Assembly (NCBI GenBank): GCA_043228905.1 | Contig: JBHGNT010000021.1 | Coordinates: 11,532,001-11,596,000 of the forward strand | Reading direction: 5' to 3' | From: Azolla caroliniana | Lineage: Eukaryota; Plantae; Polypodiophyta | Length of the DNA stretch: 64,000 bases | Shown here: one piece after another, positions 24,641 through 37,746 of the stretch | Layout: each line of letters begins with the position of its first letter | Numbering within the stretch: position 1 is the stretch's first letter | The notes under the pieces: model-generated | Told to the model about the DNA's origin: nothing | Seen by the model: only the letters and a program-made list of their open reading frames with translations | The model's database searches: none | Program-made: the position numbers and the translations under genes

Positions 24641-26245
24641 CTACACCCCGATGCAAAACGATGTAGTCGAACACATGAACCAGACAATCTAGGAATGAGT
24701 GACGAAAATGCTCCAACAAGTAGGACTAAAGTTCTGGGTAGAAGCATTGCATACGACTATCTATTTGATAAATTTGTTGCTGTCAAAAGCAATTAGGCTT
24801 CACATGCCACATGCACTATGGTTGGGAAAGCAGTCGACCTACAATCAGCTTTGATTCACACATACCATGGAAGAAACGGACCAAGTTGGCACCCCATTTG
24901 ACAACACGTATTTTTCTTGGATATGGGACGGATGGGGAATTCAGCTATTGGCAATGGAACCCAAAGAACCGGAAATTGATCTGGAGCAACGATGTGGTCT
25001 TCAATGAAAACTCCATCATCTTGGGCCAATCTTAGCCTCCCAATCCCAGCCTCGAATCGGCAAGAGAGTAAGTTTGGATCTCTCCCAATCCGATTCCGAG
25101 ACTGAAATGCAATATGCCAAACCCGATTTGGCCAGCAATCCCCCAGCCGAACCCAAATCTGTAAATGGTTCAATGGCCAAATTCTAATAAGCTATAAAAA
25201 TGAGTAGGGTTGAATCGGCCACGATGCCAAATGATTGATTTGAATAAGCCAAGGCACCAACTCACTAGTCGAACACTCCCAAGGGGTTAACTGACACATA
25301 AACAAGATCATTGCCACTGTGGATCCCCAAATAAATCTCCATCGAACTAGAGTTCACAGAATGTCGACCGGCCAAGTGCTCAGGTCGAAGAATCCAAACC
25401 TAACAATTCAGCACCGAGGAGATCCAGATGAGTCTGAAAGTCGTCAGACTTCTATCAACTGGGCATGGACTACATCAACTATACAGACACAAGATAATCG
25501 AGCTCATATGAAGAAGCCACCATTGCGCCGGCTGCCAAAACATGGCAACAAGCCGTACGATCCGAAATGTACTCAATCCGACAGAACAACACACAAGAGC
25601 TGGTCAAATTGCCGATTGGAAGAAAGATGCTATTCTGGAGATGGGTTTACATATCTGATTTGAACAAACCCATATAAAAAGCTTAGGTCGTCGCCAAGGG
25701 TTTCAAACAAGAATATGGCGTTGACTACGACCCTAGTCAAGGTGATGACCCTTCGGCTCCTATTGAAGTCGTGGCAACAAAAGAACTTGAGCTTGAGCAA
25801 TTGGACGTCAAGATGACATTCCTTCATGGATCTGGAAGAGGACATCTAAATGTCCCAACCGGTAGGCTTCACGGCGACAGGGGAGGAATGTCATCTCGTT
25901 TGCCAACTGAAGAAAAGCCTTTATGGCTTGAAGCAAGCACCGAGGATGTGGTACCAAAAGCTCTATTCCTACATCGGGCAACTTGGGTAAAGCCGGTTCG
26001 ACTTCGACCCATGTATGCACATTTGCAATTGGCCGACGAGTCATGGATCTACAAGATCCTATATGTTGACGACATGCTTATCGCTAGAAGCGATAAAGCC
26101 AAAACCAGGAAGCTGAAAGGGCAACTTCACAAGAAATTTCAATGAAGGAACTCGGAGAGGCCCGACCTATTCTGGGCATGAGGTTAGTCCGACACAAGAC
26201 GAAGAAGATCCTACGGGTTTCCCAATCTGACTACATCCGAAAAGT
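24640..26245 (+). mobile_element. Degraded copia integrase-RT
   Basis: KRTKLAP..IFLGYG..DVVFNE; LELEQLDVKMTFLHG; ILYVDDMLIA. Confidence 0.85.
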
Positions 26246-26784
26246 GTGTTGAGTGGACAATCTCAACATGTGCCGATTAGCTGAATAAGCCAGATCAGAC
26301 ATGGGTCGATCAGCTAGGCCCGAATCAGCTAGTCAAATCGGATGGAGTCCGACAGGCCGTTATAGAGCCTATATGCCTAGTTTAGTAAATAGGCCTATTA
26401 TAGGCTAATTAGTGAAAGGCTCAATTAATGAGCATTTAAATACCTATCAGTACTTCTCAACCCTCTGTTAGGGCTTGTATAAAAATTGCTCTCTAAGAAC
26501 ATTTTGTATACAGAGAGTTTCGTAATAGAATTTTGTGTTGTTGTCAGCTAGGCCCGAATCGGCTAGTCAAATCGGATGGAGTCCGACAGGCAGTTATAGA
26601 GCCTATATGCCTAGTTTAGTAAATAGGCCTATTATAGGCTAATTAGTGAAAGGCTCAATTAATGAGCATTTAAATACCTGTCAGTACTTCTCAACCCTCT
26701 GTTAGGGCTTGTATAAAAATTGCTCTCTAAGAACATTTTGTATACAGAGAGTTTCGTAATAGAATTTTGTGTTGTTGTCTACTT

Positions 26785-26833
<49 letters not shown>

Positions 26834-27460
26834 AGTCTGCGTTTACCTAATTGTCCGTTTCTTTGTTTATGTGGTATTAGAGCGTGAGAGTTAGAACAAT
26901 CCTCTGCAAACCGACATGCGAACAAGCACAAAGACAAGCATTCGTCTTCCGGAGAAGAAAAGATAGGAACATGGATAGAGGCATGGGAAGCTCACTTTCG
27001 ACAAAAAAGCTCAATAGGAGCAACTATGCATCTTAGTCATACAAGATGCACCAATACCTGCTTGTGAATGGGTACTATTATGTCGAAAGAGTGAATGATG
27101 CAGCACTAGATGTGACACACACGAACTTTCCGACCTGAGAGCTGGCAACAAGCAGAGCTATGTACTACTTCCCATTCAGTGTCAAAGATCAACTACTCAA
27201 CTACATTAGGGATGCCAAGACGCCAAAAGATGTGTGGGCGAATCTCAAACGAATGTTTCCCGCAAGCACAACGGCTAGGAAGCTGTAGCTCATGGAGGAG
27301 CTCAGTAATGTCCAATAGAGGGACATGCCGGTGGCCAACTATACGATCACCCACGCCTCCATCACCGTGACCGTCGAGGAGGACAAAATGGTACAAGTCT
27401 ACCTCGGAGGGCTGGCGTCTAGATTTGGATCATTCTGAATGGAGAACTGCTTGAGAGAAA
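26246..27460 (+). mobile_element. Copia 5' LTR, PBS and gag; resumes at 31411-32340 after nested element J
   Basis: PBS TGGTATTAGAG at ~26872; gag reading interrupted at 27460 and continuing ENTSSVFGLQS at 31411; CWYCGQKG knuckle at 31660. Confidence 0.8.
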
Positions 27461-30400
27461 TGTTGAGAGACAAGCTCAACATTTGTGCGTAATACGATAC
27501 GTAAACCAGTGCGTAGACTGGGTGCGTAAATCGGTATGCATAACATGGCCATATCGGTGCGTAAACCATGAGGCCGTTGGGAAGATATTCCTCGTAAGGA
27601 ATAATTTTGGGAGTTAGTGTAGTAGGCTCATTTATGAGCGGTCAAGTACTGTCAATACTTGTGTCAACCCTATTGTCAGGGCTTGTATAAAAGGTGCTCA
27701 TTGAGCACGGTGTATGTATAGATTGAGTATTATTTTGAATTGAGTTTCTGTGTGTTCTCTCTCTATCTCTCCCGCGTACTGTGTGTATATCCTAAGCTCC
27801 CCATTAAACCTGCGTATCTTCTGTGTTCGGTTTTCAATTGCTTCTGCACATATTCTTTTAGATGGTATCAGAGCACAAGGGTTGAGAACCTCTGCAGCCG
27901 ACATAGCTTGAAAAGAAAACTAACCAAGAAGAACAGGAAAAACAAAATGGACAGAGGCATGCCTAGCTCGCTTCCTACCGAGAAGCTCGACAGAAACAAC
28001 TACGCATCTTGGTCCTACAAGATGCACCAAATGACACAACACCCGAATCGACACACAGAGATTTCCCGGCGTGGGAACAGTTGGCGAGCAGAGTACTAAA
28101 CTGCTTCATGTCTTCGGTGGGCGAACAGCTCCTGAGCTATATTCGGGATGCGAAAACGCCAAAGGATGCTTCGGGAAATCTAAAGAAGATTTTCGCCGCG
28201 AGCACCACAACCAGGAAGCTTCAACTCTGATAGGAGCTGAGCAATGTACGACAACACGACTTGTCGGTGGCTGATTACACCTCGAAGATCAAAGAGATAT
28301 GCGACTCCTTAGCCTCTATTGATCTGAACGTCGAGGAAGGCGAGATGGTGCAAATCTGTCTCGGGGGACTGGCATCGAAATTCGGTGCGTTCCGAACTGT
28401 TGTGTGTACACGGGAGAATACGTCGTCGTTTTTTCGACTTACAATCGATGCTCCTTATAGAGGAGAACCACACGGGTGCATCGACAAGCACGCATGCCGA
28501 CAACAAGATGTTGTACACAGAGGGAGATAGGCCCCGTGGTCGTGGCAGATGAGGTGAGTCGGTGCGCAATGGAGGCGGCCGACGGGATCAAGGAAGAAGG
28601 CACCGAAGTGATGCCGACAACAATTCCGGACCCTCCGGAAACAGGGGGAGTCGAGGCGATGAGAATCGGCAAGGGAAATCTGCCACAAAATGCTGGCATT
28701 GTGGCAAGAAAGGCCACAGAGAGAGCGAGTGCTAGAAAAAGCGCGCTGATTCAGAGAGGACCGGGTCCGGATCAGGTCCCAGACAAACCGACAAAGGAAA
28801 CCGGCAGCGATCGCACTACGCCGAAGGATCCGAAAAAGGGTTAGTCTTCATGACTAGATAGAAGCAAACTCAATGAAGAAGATCACCCCGAAGTCGGACG
28901 AGGTGTGGTACGTCGACTCTGGCACGCCAAACCACATGACGTGCCACAAGGAGTGGTTCTCGTACTTGGAAAAACCGATGCAACCGGGAGTAGTCGCAAC
29001 CGGAGACGACACTACGCATCCGATTGCGAATGTTGGTGAAGTTCCCTTGAGCCATGTCGAGCAGAAAGGGAAACTTATGAACGTGTTACACGTCCCGACA
29101 ATCACGAAGAATTTGGTGTCGGTCGAGTCCGCGTCCTGGTACTTGCCTCTGACTCTATACCTCACCTCTAATCTGAGTTCTGATGATGAGGTCAGCGAAG
29201 CCGAGATGCCTCCGGATGAGCTTGAAATCGGGACCCGCAAAGAGAGTCCGATTTCGTTTCGGTTAAGCGGACCGAATGGACGAGTGAGTCGGTTCGACCA
29301 GTTTGATGAAGAGTCGGCGAGTAGTGGAGACTCGGTTGTGCATTCCCCGCGCAGGAAGCTGAGGAGACAGCTTACGTGCAAGGAAAAAGGGAAGATCAAG
29401 TTGCCAGATTATGGCACGGATAGGAACGAATCAGATTGACACAAGTCCGACTCCGAGGGAAGTGATGACGGGTCTTCGAGAGCGAAATCCGCGTCGGCCA
29501 AGAAAGCCTCAACCTCCCGAGTAGTGGAGACTCGGTTGTGCATTCCCCGCGCAGGAAGCTGAGGAGACAGCTTACGTGCAAGGAAAAAGGGAAGATCAAG
29601 TTGCCAGATTATGGCACGGATAGGAACGAATCAGATTGACACAAGTCCGACTCCGAGGGAAGTGATGACGGGTCTTCGAGAGCGAAATCCGCGTCGGCCA
29701 AGAAAGCCTCAACCTCGGCTAATGAGCAATTATGCCGATCTACCTGCCAGAAGAACCCTGTTGTGCGGTTCGGTTACGAGTACATGGCGCATCACTACGC
29801 GTACATGACGCATATAGCGGAAGTGCGTGAGCCAGAGAGCTACGTAGAAGCGGTGAAGGACATGAATTGGCGTGCCGCAATGGAGGAAGAGATGCGCGCA
29901 TTGGCAGAGAATGAAACCTGGGACCTAGTTGACGCACCGAAGGGTGTGAAGCTGATCAGATGCAGGTGGGTGTACAAGGTCAAGTACAACACCGACGGCT
30001 CGGTCAACCGATACAAGGCCTGGTTAGTAGCGAAAGGCTACGCGCAGAAACACAGCATCAACTACGATGAGATGTTTGTGCCGGTCACGAATATGACGAC
30101 CATCCGTGTTTTACTCGCGGTAGCTGTGGCAAAGGAGTGGCACTTACATCAGATGGATGTAAAGAATGCGTTCATGTAAGGTGAGCTTGAGGAACAAGTG
30201 TACATGGTACAGCCCCTCAGATTTCACCTCGGAACGAACACTTCGGCGGTCTGCCGATTGAAGAAGTCCCTTTACGGACTAAAGCATTGCGTCGGTTGGG
30301 CTTTGCGACGTCAAAATCAGACTCCTCATTGTTCATCCGGAAAGGTCGACTCAGGCCGGTTAGTATCTTACTTTAGTATGTTCCGACTGATCGGCAGAAC

Positions 30401-31410
30401 GCCGACATCTTCACCAAGCCGCTTGGTTTGGACAAGTTGCGGCAATTCTCCGGTGCGCTGGTGTTGCATCACCTCGATGTGCCAAACTTGAGGGGGAGAG
30501 ACGTCCCAGATGACCACAAAAGGGAACATGAAAGGAGCGGAAAAGACCATGACGTTGAGGTAGATGACGAATTTGATTTCGGATTGGCTGAAGAAGCCGA
30601 GGGCGGATTTGCGGAAGAGTCCGAAAGCGAACATAAGGGGAGTAGTCGAAAGAAAGAGCTGAAGCCAATCAAGTGAGGGGGAGACGAAGCCATCAAAGGC
30701 AAGAAGACTGAAGACGAGTTGGAGACAGCCAACTCGGACGAGAGCGAAAACCAATCGAAGGAAGCCGAGTTGGTTCGGATACGCTGAATCAACCAAGGGC
30801 CAAGCGGAAGAGAAGGCAGCAGAAGAGGTGCCAACACTGCAACAACAAGGAAGCTGAGGAGGGCCGTGTAAGCAGACAAGCCGACCGGAAGGGTCGAGGT
30901 GCGCGGAATCGAATGGGTCAAGGAGTGTGAGTGAGTCGTGAAGCCAGAAGGAACCAGAGCATAGATCCGGCGGAGTAGGTGGAACCTCAAGTTGAGCTTG
31001 AGGGGGAGTGTTGAGAGACAAGCTCAACATTCGTGTCTAATACGATGCGTAAACCAGTGCGTAGACTGGGTGCGTAAATCGGTACGCATAACATGGCCGT
31101 ATAGGTGCGTAAACCGCGAGGCCGTTGGGAAGATATTCCTCGTAAGGAATAATTTTGGGAGTTAGTGTAGTAGGCTCATTTCTGAGCGGTCAAGTACTGT
31201 CAATACTTGTGTCAGCCCTATTGTCAGGGCTTGTATAAATGATGCTCACTAAGCATGGTGTATGTATAGATTGAGTATTATTTTGAATTGAGTTTATGTG
31301 TGTTCTTTGTCTGTCTCTCCCGCGTATTGTGTGTATATCCTAAGCTCTCCATTAAACCTGCGTATCTTTTGTGTTCGGTTTTCTATTGCTTTAGCACGTA
31401 TTCTTTTACA
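27461..31410 (+). mobile_element. Internally deleted non-autonomous copia with both LTRs (element J)
   Basis: 402-bp LTRs at 27461-27862 and 31009-31410 (moderately diverged); TSD AGAAA; PBS TGGTATCAGAG at 27863; PPT GAGGGGGAG; integrase core and most of RT/RNase H deleted (joins at ~29120 and ~30375). Confidence 0.93.
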
Positions 31411-32649
31411 AGAAAACACGTCATCCGTCTTCGGGTTGCAGTCGAAGATTCTCATTAAAGAAAACCACATGGGTGCGTCGACAAGCATCCACGGCGACAA
31501 CAAGATGTTGTACACAGAGTCGGATCGACCCCGTGGTCGTGGGGGATGAGGTGGGTTGGCACGCAATAGAGGTAGCCAAGAAGAGTAGAACTAGTGGCAT
31601 CATAGAAATGCCGACAACAATTCCAGACCCTCTACGAGTAGGCAAAGAAAGGCCGTGATGGATTGTTGGTATTGTGGCCAGAAGGGCCAAAAAGATAGTG
31701 AATGCTGGAAGAAGAGAGCTGATTCAAACAATGCCAGATCGACCCATGTTAATGTAGATAGGCGTCGGAGATCGCACTTAACAGAAGGCTCAGGGCTAGC
31801 CAGAATATACCCTGCCCGCCTTCATCATGAAGGACAAGGCCAATTTGATGGTGGTGACCACCTCGTAATAAAAAAAGGTCTGGTATATGGATTCCCACGC
31901 CCCCAATGACATGATGAACCATGAGTAATGGTTCTCCTACCTTGAAAAGCTAGAACAATCGGGGGTCATTGAAACCGATGATGACACTCCTCACCCCACC
32001 GAGCATATCGGAGATGTGCCTCTGAGCCATGTTGGCTAGAGAGGGATAATGAGGAACGTCTTACATGTACTGACAATCACCAAGAACTTGGTGTCGGTCG
32101 GACAAATTGTTGACTAGGGCATGCAAGTCCGGTTCACTCATCACGACGGCTTCATTGAAGATGAAGGCCAAATAATCACGCGTGTGCGAAGAGAGGGGAG
32201 GATGTTTATCCTCGACACAAACAACACTACTATGTTTGCCAAAGGGCAAAAGGTCGAGTCGGACATCGACTTGTGGCACAAGAGGTTTGGTCACATCAAC
32301 TTCTTGCGGCTTCGAGAAATGTAGATGAAGAATGTTGTTTCTAGCATAGTACGTAAAATTCATGTTCGTTTAGCATAACATTTGTTTTCCTATGTTGGAA
32401 AACGATTGCAAATGTTATTCAAACATTCTTGTGTTTTTTTTTTGTTTTTTTCCCATTTTTTAATGTTTTCTTTTTTGTTTATGGCCATTTTTTAGGCTTA
32501 TTTACCTCATAATAAATAGATAATCCAAAAGTATGATATTTATCATTCATTGAGGGTGTTTTTCTTACGTGAATGGTTTAATCATTTGCGAATGCATGTA
32601 TGGTACGTATGGTTCATACTATGGAACTTTCTAGCTTGCAGAAATTCAG

Positions 32650-34530
32650 TGGTCGGGAGGGCCAAGTCTATGAATATGAAGCATGTGAGCTAGGGAAGAA
32701 TCACCGGCTTCCAATCCCCAATGAGCGTAATCAGTGTCGAAATAAGCTTGATTTGATCCATTCGGATGTGTAGGGACTAGCGTAGAATGTGAGCATTGGT
32801 GGATACTGTGGTAAATTCGGGCACTGTGAGGTAGAGTATTGGAAAATAAAGAGTGAGTTAGCCTCCACAAGCCGACAACTCACAAACTACGCCTCCAACT
32901 CTGACTACGATAATCGTGGCGGAATGTTTGTGATGAGGCATAGAGTGCACTCAATGACAGCCTCAAACCCAACGAACACCTCCAAACCAGAAGATGTATG
33001 GTTTGTCAACTCGGGCGCACTGAACCGTATGATATCCCATGAGGATTAGTTCAAGGAGCTACGAAAGCCCGAATGACCCGGCTATGTGGAACTGGGGATG
33101 ACACAATTCACCCCATTTAGCATATCGGCAATGTCCCATTTGGGGAAGAAGGCAACCAAACATACATCAAGAACGTTTTGAATGTTCCTACAATAACAAA
33201 GAACTTGGTCTCAATTGGCCATATAGTCGAACAAGGCATGCAAGTCCGATTCAATGATGGAGGATGCTTCATCGAAAAAGAAGGTAGACTCATCGCTAGG
33301 GGTCGGAGAGAAGGTTGGATGTTCATCCTCGACTCTTACAAGATGATCTCGACACTATATGCCAAGGGCCAGAGAGTCGACGTTGACATAGAGTTGTGGC
33401 ACAAGAGGATAGGCCACATCAATCTCCAAAAGCTCAAGGGAATGCAGTCGAAAGGAGTTGTCACCGGACTACCAACCTTCACCGAAAAGGAAATTGCAGG
33501 AGTGTGTGAAGCTTGTCAATTTGGCAAACAACACCGACAACCGTTCCCAAAAGAGAGGAACAAAAGAAAAGGTATCCTAGATGTAATACATTCAGATGTA
33601 TGGGGACCAGCCCAGACGGCAACATTCGGTGGTTGCCGGTACTACATAACCTTGATCGACGACTTCTCCAAACATACCTGGATCTACCCCATGCGGTAGA
33701 AGAGTGAAGTGTTCAGACACTTCCGAAGGTTCAAAAATGAAGTCAAAAAGGCAACCGGTCGGCATGTCCAATGCCTTCGATTGGACGACAACAAGGAGTA
33801 CTTCTCCGACGCCTTCACGACATATCTTTGACAAGAAGGAATACAACGGTGTACCTGCCGACACACACCTCAACAGAACGGAGTAGTCGAACGCAAGAAT
33901 CAGCACATACTTGAGGTGGCAAGGGCAATGATGAACGAGAAACATCTGCCAAAGTCACATTGGGCTAAAGTGGTGAATATGGCCATTTATTTGATGAATC
34001 GCTGCACAGCATCATGAGTGCACAAAGTTACCCCCTGCGAAAAGTTCTATGGGAAGAAATCGGATCTATCTCATGTTAGGATATTCGGTTCAATTGCATA
34101 TGTACATATGTCCGACGACCTGTGGTAGAAGCTCGATCTCAAGTTAAAGAAATATATACTCGTAGGGTACTCACTCGAGCAAAAAGGGTATAAGTGCTTC
34201 AACCCTTCCACCAAGAAGGTACGAGTGAGGAGTGATGTAGTATTCGATGAATCAACATCTTGGTATACAATCGAATCAGGCCCATTTGACACAAATGCGG
34301 AGGAGGATGATCGATTGAAGTTCACATAAGAGGAAAGTCCAATCTCTTCCAGGTTGAGTGGACCACAAGAGCCTCCAAGAGACCAAAGTACATCGCGTTT
34401 GAGTCTGAAACAGGACAAAGGAAAGGACAAAATGCCTGAGTACGAAGACTCAATAGGAAAGAATTGATTCAATTATCCGACAATGAGATTGGTAGATTGG
34501 ATGTGCCCATCATTAGGACACCAGGATGTT
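32650..34530 (+). mobile_element. Degraded copia gag end, protease, GAG-pre-integrase and integrase
   Basis: CGKFGHCEVEYW; VWFVNSGA; LWHKRIGH..CEACQFGKQ..IHSDVWGP (33178-33699). Confidence 0.9.
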
Positions 34531-37500
34531 AGAAATTGACCAGCCACAACTGGTTCCACGTTCATATTCATGTGCAAAGAACAAGAAGTAGTACATAGAC
34601 AAAAAACGTGTAGACACAGAAACACCAATATTTTACGTGGAAAACCCGAAATGGGAAATACCATGGGGGTCCACAAACCCCAAGAAAATAGATCACTATA
34701 GTAGAGAGGAAGTACAAATACGGAACTCGAAGGCAACGACCTCGAGTTCTCCTTCGTCTGATAGACGGCTACAGAGTTACACTCTCACTCACGGTTGTAG
34801 AGGCAACTACCTCGTTCTAACTTTACAATAATGATCAACTACCTTACTTACTAAAGTTTGCCCTAGTAGCTTATAAACAAAAGCAACTTTCTGGCTATTT
34901 ACAAGTGTAACCTACAAGGGCATTTTAGACTATTTACAATTATTGTCTTTCGAAACGATTTCGGTGGTCCTTTTCTTCTACTCTCTCTCCGAGCCAATGA
35001 TATCTTCTCTAGATGTGTTTGGTCCTTGAGTGGTAGGCGACATTTTTCGCAAAGTGGATGACACTTTGGTTATCGAAATGGAGTTCGAATTCCTCCTGCC
35101 GAATTCCCAACTCAACAATAAACTCCTTCATCCATATGATTTCCTTGCCGGCTTACACTATGGCCATATATTCGTAATCTTCCGAAACGATTTCAGTGGT
35201 CCTTTTCTTCTACTCTATCTCGGAGCCAATGATATCTTCTCTAGATGTGTTTGGTCCTTGAGTGGTAGGCGACATTTTTCGCAAAGTGGATGGCACTCTG
35301 GTTATCGCAATGGAGTTCGAATTCCTCCTACCAAATTCCCAACTCACCAATCAACTACTTCATCCATATGATTTCCTTGCCAGCTTACACTACAGCCATA
35401 TATTCGGCTTCCGTGGTTGACAGCGCCACGTCCTTCTGTAACCTCAATTTCCACGAAACGGCTCCCCCTTATCATACGTCATTACGTACCCAGACGTGGA
35501 TCGACTGGTTTCTAGGTCAGCCGACATGTCTGAGTCAGTATAACCTTCTAGTGTGGGCTTGGTTACCTGAACAGAAACGCAAACACACGTTTGAGGTGCC
35601 TTTTAGGTACCGAAGTATCCACTTCACGATAGCCCAATGCTCTCTTCCAACATTCCTCATGTATCGGCTAACCATGCTGACTACGTATCCTATGTCCGAC
35701 CTGGTACATACCATCACGTACATCAGGCTTCTGACTGCTGAGGCATAAGGAAAATTTGACATCTCAGCCTTCTCGGTTTTCGATTTTCGATATTGTTCTT
35801 TGCTTAGGTTGCAATTTGATAGCAGTGTCGAGCCGACCGGTTTCGCACTTTCCATGCCGAATAACTTGAGCACCTTTGTCACGTATTTTTCTTGTGACAG
35901 CCACAACAGTTTCTTTGTTCGATCCTGAACAATGTGCATCCCCAAGATTTGCTTTGCCGGACCCATATCATTCATCGAGAACGATTTGCTCAAATCCTTT
36001 TTCAGCACTCGGATCTTCGTATTATCCCGTTTGACAATCAACATGTCGTCCACATACAACAGAAGGATGAGGAATTCTCCTCCACCGAATTTCTTCACAA
36101 ATACGCAGTGATCTGCATGTGTTTTGTGGTACCCGTTGTCGGTCATGAAGGATTCAAATTTTTGGTACCATTGCCGAGGAGCTTGCTTCAACCCGTACAA
36201 GCTCTTCCTCAATTGGCATACAAGGTTCTCTTTACCTTTCTCCACAAATCCTTCCGGCTGGTACATATAGATCTCCTCTTCAAGATCACTGTGCAAAAAC
36301 GTCGTCTTCATGTCCAGTTGTTCGACTTCGAGATCCATGTTGGCTGCAATGCTCAGCATGGTTCGGATTGACGTCATCTTTACGACTGGGGCAAATATTT
36401 CGTCGAAATTGACACCCTTCTTCTGCTAAAAGCCTTTGACGATGATTCCCGCCATCTCCCGGTTTCAACTTGTATGGCATTTATTCCGAAGTGCCTTCTT
36501 TCCTCTCGGCAGTTCGGTCAGTTCATATGTGTGGTTCTCATGCAAGGAATCCATCTCCTCTTGCATGGCACTCAACCACTTTCGGTTGTGGGTATCTTCC
36601 TTAGCTTCTTTAAAGCTTTCCGGCTCCCCCTCATCGGTTAGTAGTACACGCTCTTCATCCATAAATCTTCGGGGGGGGGGGGGGGGGGGGCTCCTTTCCC
36701 TTAGGGGATATCTTCGGCCTCCGTTCGGCACGGTCGGTTCTTCTTTGACTTCTTCGGCCGAGCCGAATTCGGTTCCTTGTTTGGCCAATTCCCCCTTGTT
36801 CTTCAATCGGTTCTCGATTTTGCCGAATATTAAATCGACCGACTGGCTCGAATTCGATTTCGATCGAATCCCCTGTTACTCGATTTGGCCGAGCCTCGAT
36901 TCGGTAGTTGGAGACTTATTCTCAATCTCCCAATCAACTATTGTCTTTTCCTGCATAAAGATAATGTCGCAACTCCTAATTACCTTCTTCTCAGCCAAGT
37001 TCCATAGTCGATAGCCAAATTCATCATTGCTGTAGTCGAGAAATATGCATGGCCGAGATTTCGGGTCCAACTTCCCCCTCTGCTCCTTTGCCACATGCAC
37101 ATAAGCAAGATAGCCGAACACCCTCAAATGTCGGTACGATACGTCTTTGCCACTGCACACCCTTTGTGGAATATCACCGTCCAAGGGCACTGAGGGTGAT
37201 TGGTTTATCACATACGCCACCGTCATTAGTGCCTCAGCTCAGAACGTCTTCGGTAACTTAGCATGTGCAAGCATACTTCAGACCCTTTGCATTACAGTCC
37301 GGTTCATTCTTTTGGCCAACCCATTAACCGTCTTCGACATGATATACTCGAGCCGGATTCCTTGATTTTGGCAATATTCCTCGAACGGTTCATGGTACTC
37401 TCTGCCATTATCCGCTCGGACTGCCTTAAGTTTTTGGCCGGTTTCTCTCTCGGCCCTCGCTTGGAACTCTTTGAAGAAGGATAACACTTGATCCTTCGTC

Positions 37501-37746
37501 TTTAGCACGGAAGCCCACCACTTTCGGCTACAGTCATCAATGAAGGTCACAAAATACTGCGCACCACCATGCGACTTCATGTCCACATAGCATACGTCCG
37601 TATGCACAAGTTCCAACGACATTTTTTTCCTCATCGGGGGCCTCGTTCGAAAGGATGTTCGATTCTATTTCCTAGCCAAGCAATCCGCGCACTTCTCAAG
37701 TTGCCCAAGCTTTTGCATCCCCATCTGGCTCATATGGCACAACCTC
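34530..37746 (-). mobile_element. Degraded copia (Tnt1/Tork-like): integrase, RT, RNase H, 3' LTR remnant
   Basis: LELVHTDVC, RADNGREY; 280-aa RT ORF 35535-36377 with LLYVDDML. Confidence 0.9.

Noticed and set aside
30368-31030. 220-aa antisense ORF in element J
   Set aside because: Low-complexity shadow of a purine-rich strand, with no recognisable domain.
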